Notes: a model not told the origin generated them from the sequence alone. 64,000 nucleotides of DNA from Bdellovibrionales bacterium (GCA_965242515.1 OZ251448.1:326512-390511); one strand, 5' to 3'. Counted from the stretch's first letter, positions 35,359 to 44,643 are shown. Made by a program: numbers and translations.

Positions 35359-35569
35359 TTTTTTACTCCTTACTTAAAAGTTTGCCTCATTATCCCCTTA
35401 TCCCCACACACCTTATACTCCTATCTTACACTTTCTTTCTCATCTTCACCTTCTTTTTTAGCTTTTTTTTGAACAGGTTGATACACTTATCGGGTTATAA
35501 AACCCATTAGTTAAATTATAATATAATACCCCCTATTTTGCAACCATACTTTTCATCCAAACTTATGAA

Positions 35570-35821
35570 GTGAGAAAACCAAGTGGGGAGCTTAAAACTC
35601 TGCAGTTTGCCACCACAATACATTAGTTCTTATTTATTTACAGGTCGGGAGGGGCAGGTCCTTAAAGACACACTTCGCTTGGACTCTTACGGACCTCCCC
35701 TCCCGCCCTTTACTTTTAATTTGCATTTATTAGTATATGGATTGGATGAGGTTAGGGCATGCAGTGCATCAAAAGCAACCCCCTTTGGGGGTGAACTCGT
35801 TTTGAGCATGGTTTTCTCACC
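35570..35821 (-). repeat. family A element whose centre is replaced by family C and family D modules (nested/chimeric)
   Basis: A left end gtgagaaaaccaagtggggagcttaaaactctgcagtttgccac...; C hairpin gtcgggaggggcagg...cctcccctcccgcc; D ggattggatgaggttagggcatgcagtgcatcaaaagcaaccccctttgggggtg; A right end aactcgttttgagcatggttttctcacc. Confidence 0.8.
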
Positions 35822-35887
35822 TAAAATACATATTTTGTGAATAAAACTAATACTTATCATTAATAGTAATTTTTAAAATATAAAAAG

Positions 35888-35962
35888 ACAAAGGGGAATT
35901 TTTTAAGGGTCCAAGCCCCCAAAGGGAGTTGCAGGCGTCCCGCAAAAATCTTCCCCTTCCGC
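35888..35962 (+). repeat. family C hairpin repeat
   Basis: acaaaggggaattttttaagggtccaagcccccaaagggagttgcaggcgtcccgcaaaaatcttccccttccgc. Confidence 0.85.
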
Positions 35963-36077
35963 TCTAACATAAGAAGTGTTATCGCAGGCATAAGTTTTTG
36001 AACTTGATTTTCTCACTTCATAAAAGGTGCTTTCTGGATTTTTAGATATGGATTGAATTCATAAGCTGAAAGAGTAT

Positions 36078-36734
36078 TTAAGCAAAATCTTTGGGTTTAA
36101 AGTTTTTATTATTTGTAATGCAAGCACTATCTCCCGTAGCCTTTATCACAAAAAGCCCTTTTCTTTCTGCATATATGTCAGCCCCATGTTGTACCTTCAA
36201 ATAGGCTGTTGCCCCATATACCTTCCTACCCTTATACTCTGGGAAAAACGAAAAAAAATCTTTTAATACCTCTAAATAATGATCCACATCTTTTTTCCCT
36301 AAAGTGGACTTAACCTCGGTTGCTACTAACTCATTGCCATTACGAGCTAAAATATCAATCTCACATCGCTTATCTGGTTGTGTAGAATGTGTGGCATTGC
36401 TCACATTAGAAAATAAAGCTGTAACCTCTATACCCCTTTTTCTAAGAAGCCTTATCAAACAACCAGAAACTAAACTTTCTACTAAAGCACCCCAACCATT
36501 AGTGAAAAGATGTTTTAATTTCTTGTCCTCCTTAGCTAAGGATTTTATTAGACGATCATTTTCCTGCATGCGACGATCATTTTCCTGTATCCGGCGATCG
36601 GTGTCTTGCCTCCGGCGATCGGTTTCTTGCATAAATGCCTTTAATTTACGATCAGTATCCTTTTGGCTAATAGCAGTTTCTTTTAAAATAGCCCAAATCT
36701 CTGCAAAATTAGGTGCTGATTCTGATTTGTTCAT
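36078..36734 (-). CDS. PD-(D/E)XK nuclease-fold protein with N-terminal coiled coil
   Basis: N-terminal repeats DTDRKL/ETDRRR/DTDRRI/ENDRRM/ENDRLI. The C-terminal core CEIDILARNG...VATEVKS fits the D...(D/E)xK arrangement. Confidence 0.5.
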   Translation of the reverse strand: MNKSESAPNFAEIWAILKETAISQKDTDRKLKAFMQETDRRRQDTDRRIQENDRRMQENDRLIKSLAKEDKKLKHLFTNGWGALVESLVSGCLIRLLRKRGIEVTALFSNVSNATHSTQPDKRCEIDILARNGNELVATEVKSTLGKKDVDHYLEVLKDFFSFFPEYKGRKVYGATAYLKVQHGADIYAERKGLFVIKATGDSACITNNKNFKPKDFA

Positions 36735-36878
36735 AATTTAATTCTCTCCTTTTTTTAACTTTAAACCTATATACTACATATAATGTAACACAAAATAACT
36801 GCATAATACAATAATATTTTAAAAAAGTTTTAAGTGAGATTTTTTATTTCAATCTGTGAAACTGTTTATTAAAGTTTT

Positions 36879-37304
36879 TTAATGGGATGGATGTGGATAG
36901 AAATGTTTTTTAGGTTGTGGCGGTGGTGCTGTCGGTGGTTGGGTAGTAGGTGCGGGTGGCTGTGTGGTTGACGGAGTAGGAGTGCTTACGGGTTGTTTTA
37001 CAGGGCTTGTAGGTGGTGGTACGGGGGCTTGAGGGGTTTTAGAATCACATCTTTTTTGCATTCTTTTTAAAACTTCGGGGAATCTTTCAGCTTGGATTTT
37101 AGCACATTCTTTATTCAGTTCTTTTGGGTTTATTTCACCTACAGTCGCTTTTTGTAGCTTACCTAATTGCAAAAAAAATGCTTTATTACATGTAAGTTTT
37201 ATTTTTTCTACTAACTGGGTATCAATATCTATGCTCTGACAAGAGTGCTTTTGAGTTTCTTCTTCAATACAGGTAAGATAAGTCTCTACACCACTATTAC
37301 ACAT
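36879..37304 (-). CDS. Pro-rich hypothetical protein (probable lipoprotein whose signal peptide is out of frame)
   Basis: ORF as given in the track. Upstream in frame lies ...LSLILGLTACDSKK (lipobox), but the only ATG (37395) is offset by one frame. Confidence 0.5.
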   Translation of the reverse strand: MCNSGVETYLTCIEEETQKHSCQSIDIDTQLVEKIKLTCNKAFFLQLGKLQKATVGEINPKELNKECAKIQAERFPEVLKRMQKRCDSKTPQAPVPPPTSPVKQPVSTPTPSTTQPPAPTTQPPTAPPPQPKKHFYPHPSH

Positions 37305-37450
37305 AGTAGTTAGTTTTGTTGGCTTAGTTTCTGTTTTCTTACTATCACAAGCTGTTAAACCTAAGATAAGTGATAAATATAATTTTCCTATTCATTTCTT
37401 ATTACCCTATTTTTATTTTTTAATTAATTGCATTTTTATTTTAATATATA

Positions 37451-37620
37451 GGTTTTTGTTAAATTAAATGACATATTTTCCTCCATAGTCATTCCCGCGA
37501 AAGCGGGAATCCAGGCTTGTACGCGTAAAAGGTACATTTTGGATTCCTGCCTTCGCAGGAATGACGGCTGACGAAGAAATGACAATAGAGATAGAAATAA
37601 CAGCTGACGAAGAGAGTAAC
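37451..37620 (+). repeat. family F repeat followed by a degenerate 18-nt periodic tail
   Basis: ggtttttgttaaattaaatgacatattttcctccatagtcattcccgcgaaagcgggaatcc, then the core, then ggattcctgccttcgcaggaatgacggctgacgaagaaatgac... Confidence 0.85.
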
Positions 37621-37646
37621 AGGCTAATGAAAATATATACTTTACA

Positions 37647-37761
37647 GGTGAGCAAACCTCACTCCAGAGCTTAAAACTCTGCAGTTTGCCACAATGCGGT
37701 AAGCTGAAAGCTTAACGCATTGTATCAAATCCGAACTCGTTTTGAGCATGGTTTTCTCCCC
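37647..37761 (-). repeat. family A element (reverse orientation)
   Basis: ggtgagcaaacctcactccagagc...ccacaatgcggtaagctgaaagcttaacgcattgtatcaaatccgaactcgttttgagcatggttttctcccc. Confidence 0.9.
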
Positions 37762-37837
37762 TAGAATATGTATATCTTGTTAAGATAACCAATGATTCTT
37801 AAATTAACATAAATATATTTATTATATTATACAAAAA

Positions 37838-37899
37838 GACAAAGGGGATTTTTTTTGAGTCCAAGCGAAGTGTGGCACAAAAAAATTGCCCCTTTGGCT
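37838..37899 (+). repeat. family C hairpin repeat (short variant)
   Basis: gacaaaggggattttttttgagtccaagcgaagtgtggcacaaaaaaattgcccctttggc. Confidence 0.8.
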
Positions 37900-38004
37900 T
37901 TGTAAGTAATTAATTTGGTAATTGGGTGATGCATGCAAGTAATAGCATTAGGGTAGAGAATGGTTGGGAGGCATTGCCCATAAAACAACTGATAGGCACG
38001 AGTT

Positions 38005-39015
38005 TTACATCTCTTTTTTTGGGGGGGAGGGGAAAGATACGATATTGTTACTTACAGTCCAGGTTTTACCTAATAAAGAGAATGTGAATTTTTTTCTTTT
38101 ATTTTTAAGTCTTTTTATAAGTTCTAGCACATGTGTTTGTTGATAATGCAAAAACCCTGATTGACGAAAAATCCCAGCTAATACACTTTGTTGATAAATG
38201 AGAGGCAATGTCAATAAAGCCTTCCTCTGAAAAGTATTGGATTGATAAGCAATATATTGATAAAACCAATCTTCTAACTGTTTATTTTCTACTTTTTGAA
38301 CAATAAGGTGTAAAGAGCGAGCAAGCGACTGAGTAGCCCCAGAGTGCCTTTTTTCTAAATCAGGTAACCATTTTAATCGTATCCAATTTCTTAAACTCAC
38401 TTTAGGGTTGCTGTTGCTAGGATCTTCACACCAAGTTATATTTTGTTTTTTAGCGTAAGCTTCAATTTGAGTGCGACTAATTTGCAATAAAGGTCTTAAA
38501 ATATTTTTGCCTTTAACAAACATAGCACTTAAGCCTTGCTTGCCCGTACCTCGGATAAGTCGTAAAATCCGTGTTTCTAATAAATCACTTTCTGTATGAG
38601 CTAAAACTAAATAATTCGCCTTTAATTTTTTTAAATAACTATTAAAAACACGGTAACGATACTTTCTCATACCTTCTTCTGTCATAAGATGTTTTTTCAC
38701 AAACTCTTGAGATAACACTTTTGAACTATAAAACTCAACACCTTTTTTATCGCACACACTACCCACTAACTTTTGAGCCTTTTCTTGAAACATCCTTTGT
38801 TTTTTACTAAGTGTCCCATGGTTCACATGCACCACATATAACTGCCAATTAAACACACTCTTGAGCTCCAATAACAAACTGAGTAAAACCATAGAGTCCA
38901 CCCCACCCGATACCCCTACCACTAAACACTTTTTCTTTAAAGCTTTTTGCCTCAATAGATTTAATAAAAAATGAAACAAAAAATGCCCCGACTTTTGTTT
39001 GACCTTTTTCCTCAT
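38005..39015 (-). CDS. tilS: tRNA(Ile)-lysidine synthase
   Basis: PP-loop VGVSGGVDSMVL, plus the HTESDLLETRILRLIRGTG and RPLL blocks. 336 aa. Confidence 0.85.
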   Translation of the reverse strand: MRKKVKQKSGHFLFHFLLNLLRQKALKKKCLVVGVSGGVDSMVLLSLLLELKSVFNWQLYVVHVNHGTLSKKQRMFQEKAQKLVGSVCDKKGVEFYSSKVLSQEFVKKHLMTEEGMRKYRYRVFNSYLKKLKANYLVLAHTESDLLETRILRLIRGTGKQGLSAMFVKGKNILRPLLQISRTQIEAYAKKQNITWCEDPSNSNPKVSLRNWIRLKWLPDLEKRHSGATQSLARSLHLIVQKVENKQLEDWFYQYIAYQSNTFQRKALLTLPLIYQQSVLAGIFRQSGFLHYQQTHVLELIKRLKNKRKKFTFSLLGKTWTVSNNIVSFPSPPKKEM

Positions 39016-39147
39016 AATATTTTTCTGCCCGCCATAAGTACTTTTGCCCTATAGTATTATTTTGCCCTATATCTTTTATTGCCTCATAACTGCCTTTATA
39101 GAATTTGTATTTTATAAAACTCTAAAAGCAATAATTAAAAAATTACT

Positions 39148-40536
39148 TTAAAAAACACATCTTATCTGTTGAATATCCTTTAATTTATTAAATATCATAA
39201 ATAAACGCTCCAAACCTAAAGCCACACCAACACTTGGGGGCATAGATAGTTGTTTCATATTTTGTAACAGTTGTTTATCCATAGGGATAGGGGTTTTTTG
39301 CTTTTGTTTGCGTTTAAGTAGTTGTATTTGAAATTGCTTTTTTTGTATATGATGGCAGGTAATTTCATCAAAGCCGTTAGCGAGTTCTATTGTTTTCCAA
39401 TACAGCTCAAAGCGTCTTGCCCAGCCGGTGCGGGGGTCTAAGCGTGCATAAGCTCTTTGAAAGGGAGGATAGTTATAAACAATGGTTGGGGTTTTTAAGT
39501 GTTTTTCTATTCCATTTAAAAACAATAAATAAAATAAATCATCAATAGAGGCTTTAGAGGGTAAAGGAATAGACATTTTTTTTAACTGCCGAGCAAAATC
39601 TTGTTTAGAAGATGCAGGTGTTAAATTAAAGTTTAAGTATTTTTTAAACAGCTGCTCCATAGTTATTTTTTGCAACCGAGGGAGTGTAAATTGGTACCAT
39701 TTTGCTAAAGAATGCAACAAGTGTTCTATATCTTCCATAACACTTAACCAGTTGGTATGTGAGCGATACCATTCTAACAAATAAAATTCGTTAGTATTTA
39801 AAGGTCCTAATTCGTTATTTCTAAAGCATTTTTTAATTTCGTAAAAATCTGTAAATCCTTGGCATAAAAGTTTTTTTAAACTGATTTCAGGACTAGTAGG
39901 CAGAAATAAAGATTGTTTTTTACCTGCATGGTATTGAGTGGTTTTAAAAACTTCTAAATCAGCCTCTACACCAGGGCATGTTACTAAAGAGGGTGTTTCT
40001 ACTGGTTGCAAAGCTTTTTTTAAAAGTATTTGATGCACTTTTTGAATAAACAAAAACCACTTTTTTTGCCACTTTATATTAAGAGGTAAAGGAGATATAT
40101 TGTCACTTTCCACTAAGGCACTTAAGATGACGATAGCACTTTTTAGTTTGTAACGAGAATGATTTTTTTTTAAAGTATGTTGGTAGATAAACACACTATC
40201 ATTTGGTTTTAGTAGAGAAAAGATTTTTTGCCATTTAAAACTTTTTTGTTTTTGAAAATCTAAAAAAACCTGACAATCTGGGTTTAATTTAACTTGTACT
40301 TGGTAATTACTGGTGCTTAAAGTAAATTGACTAGCAGAAATAGGGGCTTTAAGGCGACCCCCTAAATAAAAGTTTTTTTTATGTGCGAGAGTGTTGTTTT
40401 TTAACAAATTAATAGAGTAAGCGTTAGGCGGTATAATGGAGAAGCTAAATTGACGCATAAGTGTTTTTCGTGTCATAAGCTTTTTTGTAGCCTGTTTAGT
40501 AGTAGAAGAAGTGTCGCGAGGGCAATTATTTAACAC
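39148..40536 (-). CDS. epmA: EpmA (GenX/PoxA)-like class II lysyl-tRNA-synthetase paralog with N-terminal extension
   Basis: The C-terminal ~310 aa matches the EpmA pattern (VETPSL, FLPTSPE, CFRNNELGPLNTNEFYLLEWY, RRFELYWKTIELANGFDEI, MPPSVGVALGLERL). About 150 extra N-terminal residues. The start codon is uncertain. Confidence 0.7.
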   Translation of the reverse strand: MLNNCPRDTSSTTKQATKKLMTRKTLMRQFSFSIIPPNAYSINLLKNNTLAHKKNFYLGGRLKAPISASQFTLSTSNYQVQVKLNPDCQVFLDFQKQKSFKWQKIFSLLKPNDSVFIYQHTLKKNHSRYKLKSAIVILSALVESDNISPLPLNIKWQKKWFLFIQKVHQILLKKALQPVETPSLVTCPGVEADLEVFKTTQYHAGKKQSLFLPTSPEISLKKLLCQGFTDFYEIKKCFRNNELGPLNTNEFYLLEWYRSHTNWLSVMEDIEHLLHSLAKWYQFTLPRLQKITMEQLFKKYLNFNLTPASSKQDFARQLKKMSIPLPSKASIDDLFYLLFLNGIEKHLKTPTIVYNYPPFQRAYARLDPRTGWARRFELYWKTIELANGFDEITCHHIQKKQFQIQLLKRKQKQKTPIPMDKQLLQNMKQLSMPPSVGVALGLERLFMIFNKLKDIQQIRCVF

Positions 40537-42034
40537 TGCTACTTCCGTGAGCTGGAATGCGATCTGGAGTAGAAGCCCCTCCTATTGATGTTGGGTTAGT
40601 GGTTGCCTTTGGTATTTTTTTAGCTGGTATTTCATGTACACTTATTTCGCATATATGATTCACACAGCGAGATTCATACCTTTTTTTCGGAGGGTTTTCT
40701 CCCTCTTCTACAGGTACAGTTTCCGTATTACCACACCGACACGCCTCATTACAAGCAGGAGGAGAATTTCCGTCCCACGACCATTTTAAATAACACAATT
40801 CAGCTGCATGTTTATTATATGGTTTAAATTTTTCACTACTAAAAGTATTACCAATCAACTCAAAAAAACCATCATTACCACAGCTTTTATTAGGAACTAA
40901 AGTACAATCCGCATCAGACTTACAGTACAAATGGTTGCCATCTCTATTATATTTATAGTTTATAGCTTTATAAGTGGCTAATGCTCCTTTTGCATCCTCG
41001 TAAAAACCAGCTGACCTATAAATACAAGCTATGTTTCGCCATAAATCTGCATTGTGCGGGTTGAGAAAAGCTTGTTTTCTTAACTCTTCAAAAACCTTAG
41101 CTTTTCTATCACACCCGGGTTGCCATTTATTAGAAGACTTTTTTATTTTATTACACTGACTATCACATTCGGGAAAACTCCTCCTTATTTCTAATAATAA
41201 AAACTTATCGGGAGGGGGAAATTTATAAGTGTTAGGGTTATTTATCCCTTGGCTAAAACAAGAGGCACTTTGACCACATTGTTTTTTTAATTTTTTGCCC
41301 ACCATAGCTAATTTATAAGCGTTCACCATGCCATGCCCGTTTTGCCCATATCCAGGTCCTCTTTCCACAGAAGATGGCACAGGGATTGCTGTATTTTTTA
41401 AAAGTGTTTTAGCTTCTTTTGCTGTGGGGTGGTAACCTGCTAAGGTTTCAAAAGTGCCTAAACTGCCTGTTACTAAAGGGGCTGCTCCACTTGTTCCGCT
41501 AAAATCTGTTTTGTCACCATCATAGTCTAAAGCAGTAATATAACTGTCAGAAGGTGCTGTTATAAAAACTTCAGACCCTTGACTAGAAAAATCACTTTTA
41601 TCCCCATTAGGGGCTAAACTGCCAACTAAAATTACATCAAGCTCTTTGGAGCTTTTTACATTTATAGGTTCTAGAGGGTGAGGATGTTCATTCCCAGAGG
41701 ACATCACTACTACAGAAGGAGGGGATAATTTTCTGAACACATAATGCTTTGTTGCACTGTTACTGCCTCCCATTGAGAAATTAATGTAAGAAGGGTATTT
41801 TTGAGCTTTACATTTCTGAATACGATTACCATTTGCCACAATAGGGGTTTTAATACTATTTGGTATAGTTGGTTTAGGTAATTTTTTTGTTGGTCTACTT
41901 TTAAAAGGTAAAAAGTCAAGCAGTGTCCAAGGATAAACTGTAAAACAAGTTAATATTACCAATAATAAACCAATAGTTTTTATTTTGTTTAACCCCTTAA
42001 AACTATTTTTAGCTATGGGTTTAATTATATACAT
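40526..42034 (-). CDS. S8 subtilase C-terminal half (Asn/Ser motifs) plus Cys-rich/TPR-like domain
   Basis: N-terminal TM segment, then YINFSMGGSN (compare INMSLGG), VVVMSSGNE (oxyanion Asn) and FSGTSGAAPLVTG (catalytic Ser). Long Cys-rich C-terminal region. Confidence 0.6.
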   Translation of the reverse strand: MYIIKPIAKNSFKGLNKIKTIGLLLVILTCFTVYPWTLLDFLPFKSRPTKKLPKPTIPNSIKTPIVANGNRIQKCKAQKYPSYINFSMGGSNSATKHYVFRKLSPPSVVVMSSGNEHPHPLEPINVKSSKELDVILVGSLAPNGDKSDFSSQGSEVFITAPSDSYITALDYDGDKTDFSGTSGAAPLVTGSLGTFETLAGYHPTAKEAKTLLKNTAIPVPSSVERGPGYGQNGHGMVNAYKLAMVGKKLKKQCGQSASCFSQGINNPNTYKFPPPDKFLLLEIRRSFPECDSQCNKIKKSSNKWQPGCDRKAKVFEELRKQAFLNPHNADLWRNIACIYRSAGFYEDAKGALATYKAINYKYNRDGNHLYCKSDADCTLVPNKSCGNDGFFELIGNTFSSEKFKPYNKHAAELCYLKWSWDGNSPPACNEACRCGNTETVPVEEGENPPKKRYESRCVNHICEISVHEIPAKKIPKATTNPTSIGGASTPDRIPAHGSSSVK

Positions 42035-43170
42035 TGACCTATCCCTACTTTATGATAAGACTTCCCAGTAGGACATTGTAAGTCCATACACATTGGGTTA
42101 GGGTAATCTCTACAACATTGCCTAACATCACTTTCAGATTCAGAATCAACCGAAATATCAAGACCTAATTCCATCTTTCTCATAAAAGAATTGGAACTGT
42201 AATCTATATAAAAACCCGGTGGACAAAGCCCTTTATAATCTTCACCTTTTTCCCAGTAGCAGTGGTTGTTACCGTTTGTCTCAATACTTTTATAACTGTC
42301 TACCAAGTGTTTTATTGTGGGTGTGCCGTAAAAAGTTATATGCTCCCCTAAATTTGGCATGACAGCTTGTTTGCCTTTATCTGATATTAGACTCCTTACT
42401 GCTGCCCCGTGGGACATAGACCCAAAGCTATAATTTATTGGTGGAGCGTCAAAAACTGCTATGAGATGGTCTTTAACAGGCAGGGTAAATAACAATAACT
42501 CTTTGGATAAATCTGCACCTATCATTCTTTGAGCCCAATAGTCTGATAATCCCCCACCTTTAAGATCTAATTCTTCAGAAATGACTCCACAGTTACGAAA
42601 GTTTGTAGTATTTGACCCCCCACCCTCTCTCCTAATTGAAGCAGAATTATCAGCTACTAAAATACTTTTTTGTGTATTGGAATGTAGTTTTAATATTTCG
42701 TTAATATCACAATCTGTTACAAAGGGGATTTTTTTAAAATTATCACATGCTGTTTTTGCTTTTACAGCTGGATACCACTTATCCCAAAAAAACATCCATG
42801 CTTTTATCTCTTTAACCCTCTCTTTAGTTTTAAAACCTTCTTCTTCAGCCTTTTGTAAAAGTATATCTCTTTGTTTTTTCATTAAAGGGAACTGCTTAAA
42901 AAACACAAATATCCCGTTTGATTGAGGGTTTTTAAGGTCATATTTTGGCAAGTTTTTTATATCTTTTGGTATTAAAACCCCTTTTTTTTGTGGTTTTTCA
43001 GCTTCTGATGATACATCCCTTTTTGCAGAGGGTTGAAACCAGCTTTTTATCCCTGTGGACGGATTCCGTATAGCTATAAAAGTTATTACTCCAATAACCC
43101 CTATTACTATTAAACCCTCAGGTACAGAAAAGCCTTTACTACTTTTTTTAAATCTGAACATATATAGCAA
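42025..43170 (-). CDS. S8 subtilase N-terminal half (Asp/His motifs) with prepilin-like leader
   Basis: N-terminus KKSSKG/FSVPEGLIVIGVIGVITFIAI (G, then E at +5, then a hydrophobic helix). IAVFDAP (catalytic Asp) and SHGAAVRSLI (catalytic His). Cys-rich tail. Overlaps the next ORF by 10 nt. Confidence 0.55.
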   Translation of the reverse strand: MLYMFRFKKSSKGFSVPEGLIVIGVIGVITFIAIRNPSTGIKSWFQPSAKRDVSSEAEKPQKKGVLIPKDIKNLPKYDLKNPQSNGIFVFFKQFPLMKKQRDILLQKAEEEGFKTKERVKEIKAWMFFWDKWYPAVKAKTACDNFKKIPFVTDCDINEILKLHSNTQKSILVADNSASIRREGGGSNTTNFRNCGVISEELDLKGGGLSDYWAQRMIGADLSKELLLFTLPVKDHLIAVFDAPPINYSFGSMSHGAAVRSLISDKGKQAVMPNLGEHITFYGTPTIKHLVDSYKSIETNGNNHCYWEKGEDYKGLCPPGFYIDYSSNSFMRKMELGLDISVDSESESDVRQCCRDYPNPMCMDLQCPTGKSYHKVGIGQCI

Positions 43171-43326
43171 GTATCGGCAGATTAAATTAAAACTTTAGCT
43201 TTTTTAGGATACTTTAAATATTTTTTAAAAACAGACCTTTGTCTTAGTAAAATTATCATATTATTTATAATATACACTAAATAAATCAAATACCCTAAAT
43301 TTATTTCAGTGTATGGAAAGCCAAAA

Positions 43327-44643
43327 TCACAATATCAACTGCCTCCAAGCTGATGCTAATACAGATTGTATAGCTGGTATTGTTTTTTGCACTGTTTGAG
43401 GGATAATGGGAGTGTTTTTAAAATAAAAACTTTGATGCTCTATGTTATTTAAATGAGTGACGATGATGTGGACGATTTTGTCTTTAGAATGTCTTATAGC
43501 ATACTTTAACTGCAACTGGACTTTTAATAGATAAGTGTCTGGATAAATAGGTTCTTTATTATTTTCCATACTCCAAGCTAATAAAATTTCTTGTTTTATA
43601 CTAGGTAAAGCAAGCTGTAAAACTTGTCTAAATTGCGACTTATTGATTCCTGTGTAATCTGTTTGATGAGTGTGAAAAGTAATATAATCATAAGATTGTA
43701 TGAAAGCAGCTTTTATACGAGATGTTTGTTGATCAATGATCTCAGTGATTTTTTTTCCTGTTTCAGATTTTAATTTATGAGATTGAATGAGTAATTTTCT
43801 ATGTGACTCCTCTTCTGACCAAGTGCGGTGTTCATCAAGTAACTTATTAAACATTGTTGTAAAATTTATTAAATCTGTTTTGGTTTGAGTGTTATTTTCT
43901 ATATGTGTTTTGTCAACAAATTGCTCAATAATAGATTGGTCGTATTTTATGATATCGCGAGATGAGGTTTTAAGTCTTTTTTGCACAAAACTTGCGAGCT
44001 TACTTTGTAAGTCTTTTGGATTTTGATAGGGCATCGCCTCTATTATTGACAGTAACATTTTAGTGTATATTGGCTCGTTAATAAGTGTTTCTACCCATAT
44101 TTGAGAATCCCTTTCACTGATATAAGGTTGTAACTTATCTCTGATATTTAAAATATCTATGTCGTTTTTAATAATACTTACCACCTTAAATATCCTTCTG
44201 ATTTGATTTTGAGCAAAAGGTGTCATTTTTAACACCACTTGGACAAGCTTGACACTTTCTTGTTTAAAATAATGGTCTTTTTTTTGTGTAAATTGTTTTA
44301 AATCTTGCAATAGCTTGTTGTGTGTCTCTAACCATAGTGTATCCACATAACCTGTTGCATGACCTATGCGATCTTTTGAATAAGTGGTTTTGTGTGTGGG
44401 TTTTAACCCTTCTTCCCCTTCTTCCCCTTCCCTCCCGATGGGCTTTGCTTTTGGTTTTTGTGCAACCATAGATGTGTTATCTGCTTTTAAACTACTATGA
44501 CCATTATCTATGTTTAAAACACCCTGGTCTGAAAAAGCTTTATCTTTTGAGGATAGCATAAATTTTTGATGACACTCATCCCCTGAAGCATAAAAGCTCA
44601 TAACCATAAAAAATGTAAAAGCCACACTTACTACAAACGGCAT
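43327..44643 (-). CDS. hypothetical secreted protein
   Basis: Hydrophobic N-terminus MPFVVSVAFTFFMVMSFYASG. 438 aa, mostly helical-looking. No family recognised. Confidence 0.5.
   Translation of the reverse strand: MPFVVSVAFTFFMVMSFYASGDECHQKFMLSSKDKAFSDQGVLNIDNGHSSLKADNTSMVAQKPKAKPIGREGEEGEEGLKPTHKTTYSKDRIGHATGYVDTLWLETHNKLLQDLKQFTQKKDHYFKQESVKLVQVVLKMTPFAQNQIRRIFKVVSIIKNDIDILNIRDKLQPYISERDSQIWVETLINEPIYTKMLLSIIEAMPYQNPKDLQSKLASFVQKRLKTSSRDIIKYDQSIIEQFVDKTHIENNTQTKTDLINFTTMFNKLLDEHRTWSEEESHRKLLIQSHKLKSETGKKITEIIDQQTSRIKAAFIQSYDYITFHTHQTDYTGINKSQFRQVLQLALPSIKQEILLAWSMENNKEPIYPDTYLLKVQLQLKYAIRHSKDKIVHIIVTHLNNIEHQSFYFKNTPIIPQTVQKTIPAIQSVLASAWRQLIL

Noticed and set aside
37464-37655. 63-aa ORF (…VIPAKAGIQNVPFTRTSLDSRFRGNDYGG…).
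   Set aside because: It lies entirely within family F repeat DNA, and the same peptides arise wherever the repeat occurs. It is a spurious repeat-derived ORF.
42025-42034. Programmed ribosomal frameshift joining the two S8 half-ORFs.
   Set aside because: No slippery heptamer or downstream structure was recognisable at the overlap. This cannot be distinguished from an indel or a genuine two-gene arrangement, so it is reported only as an open question.
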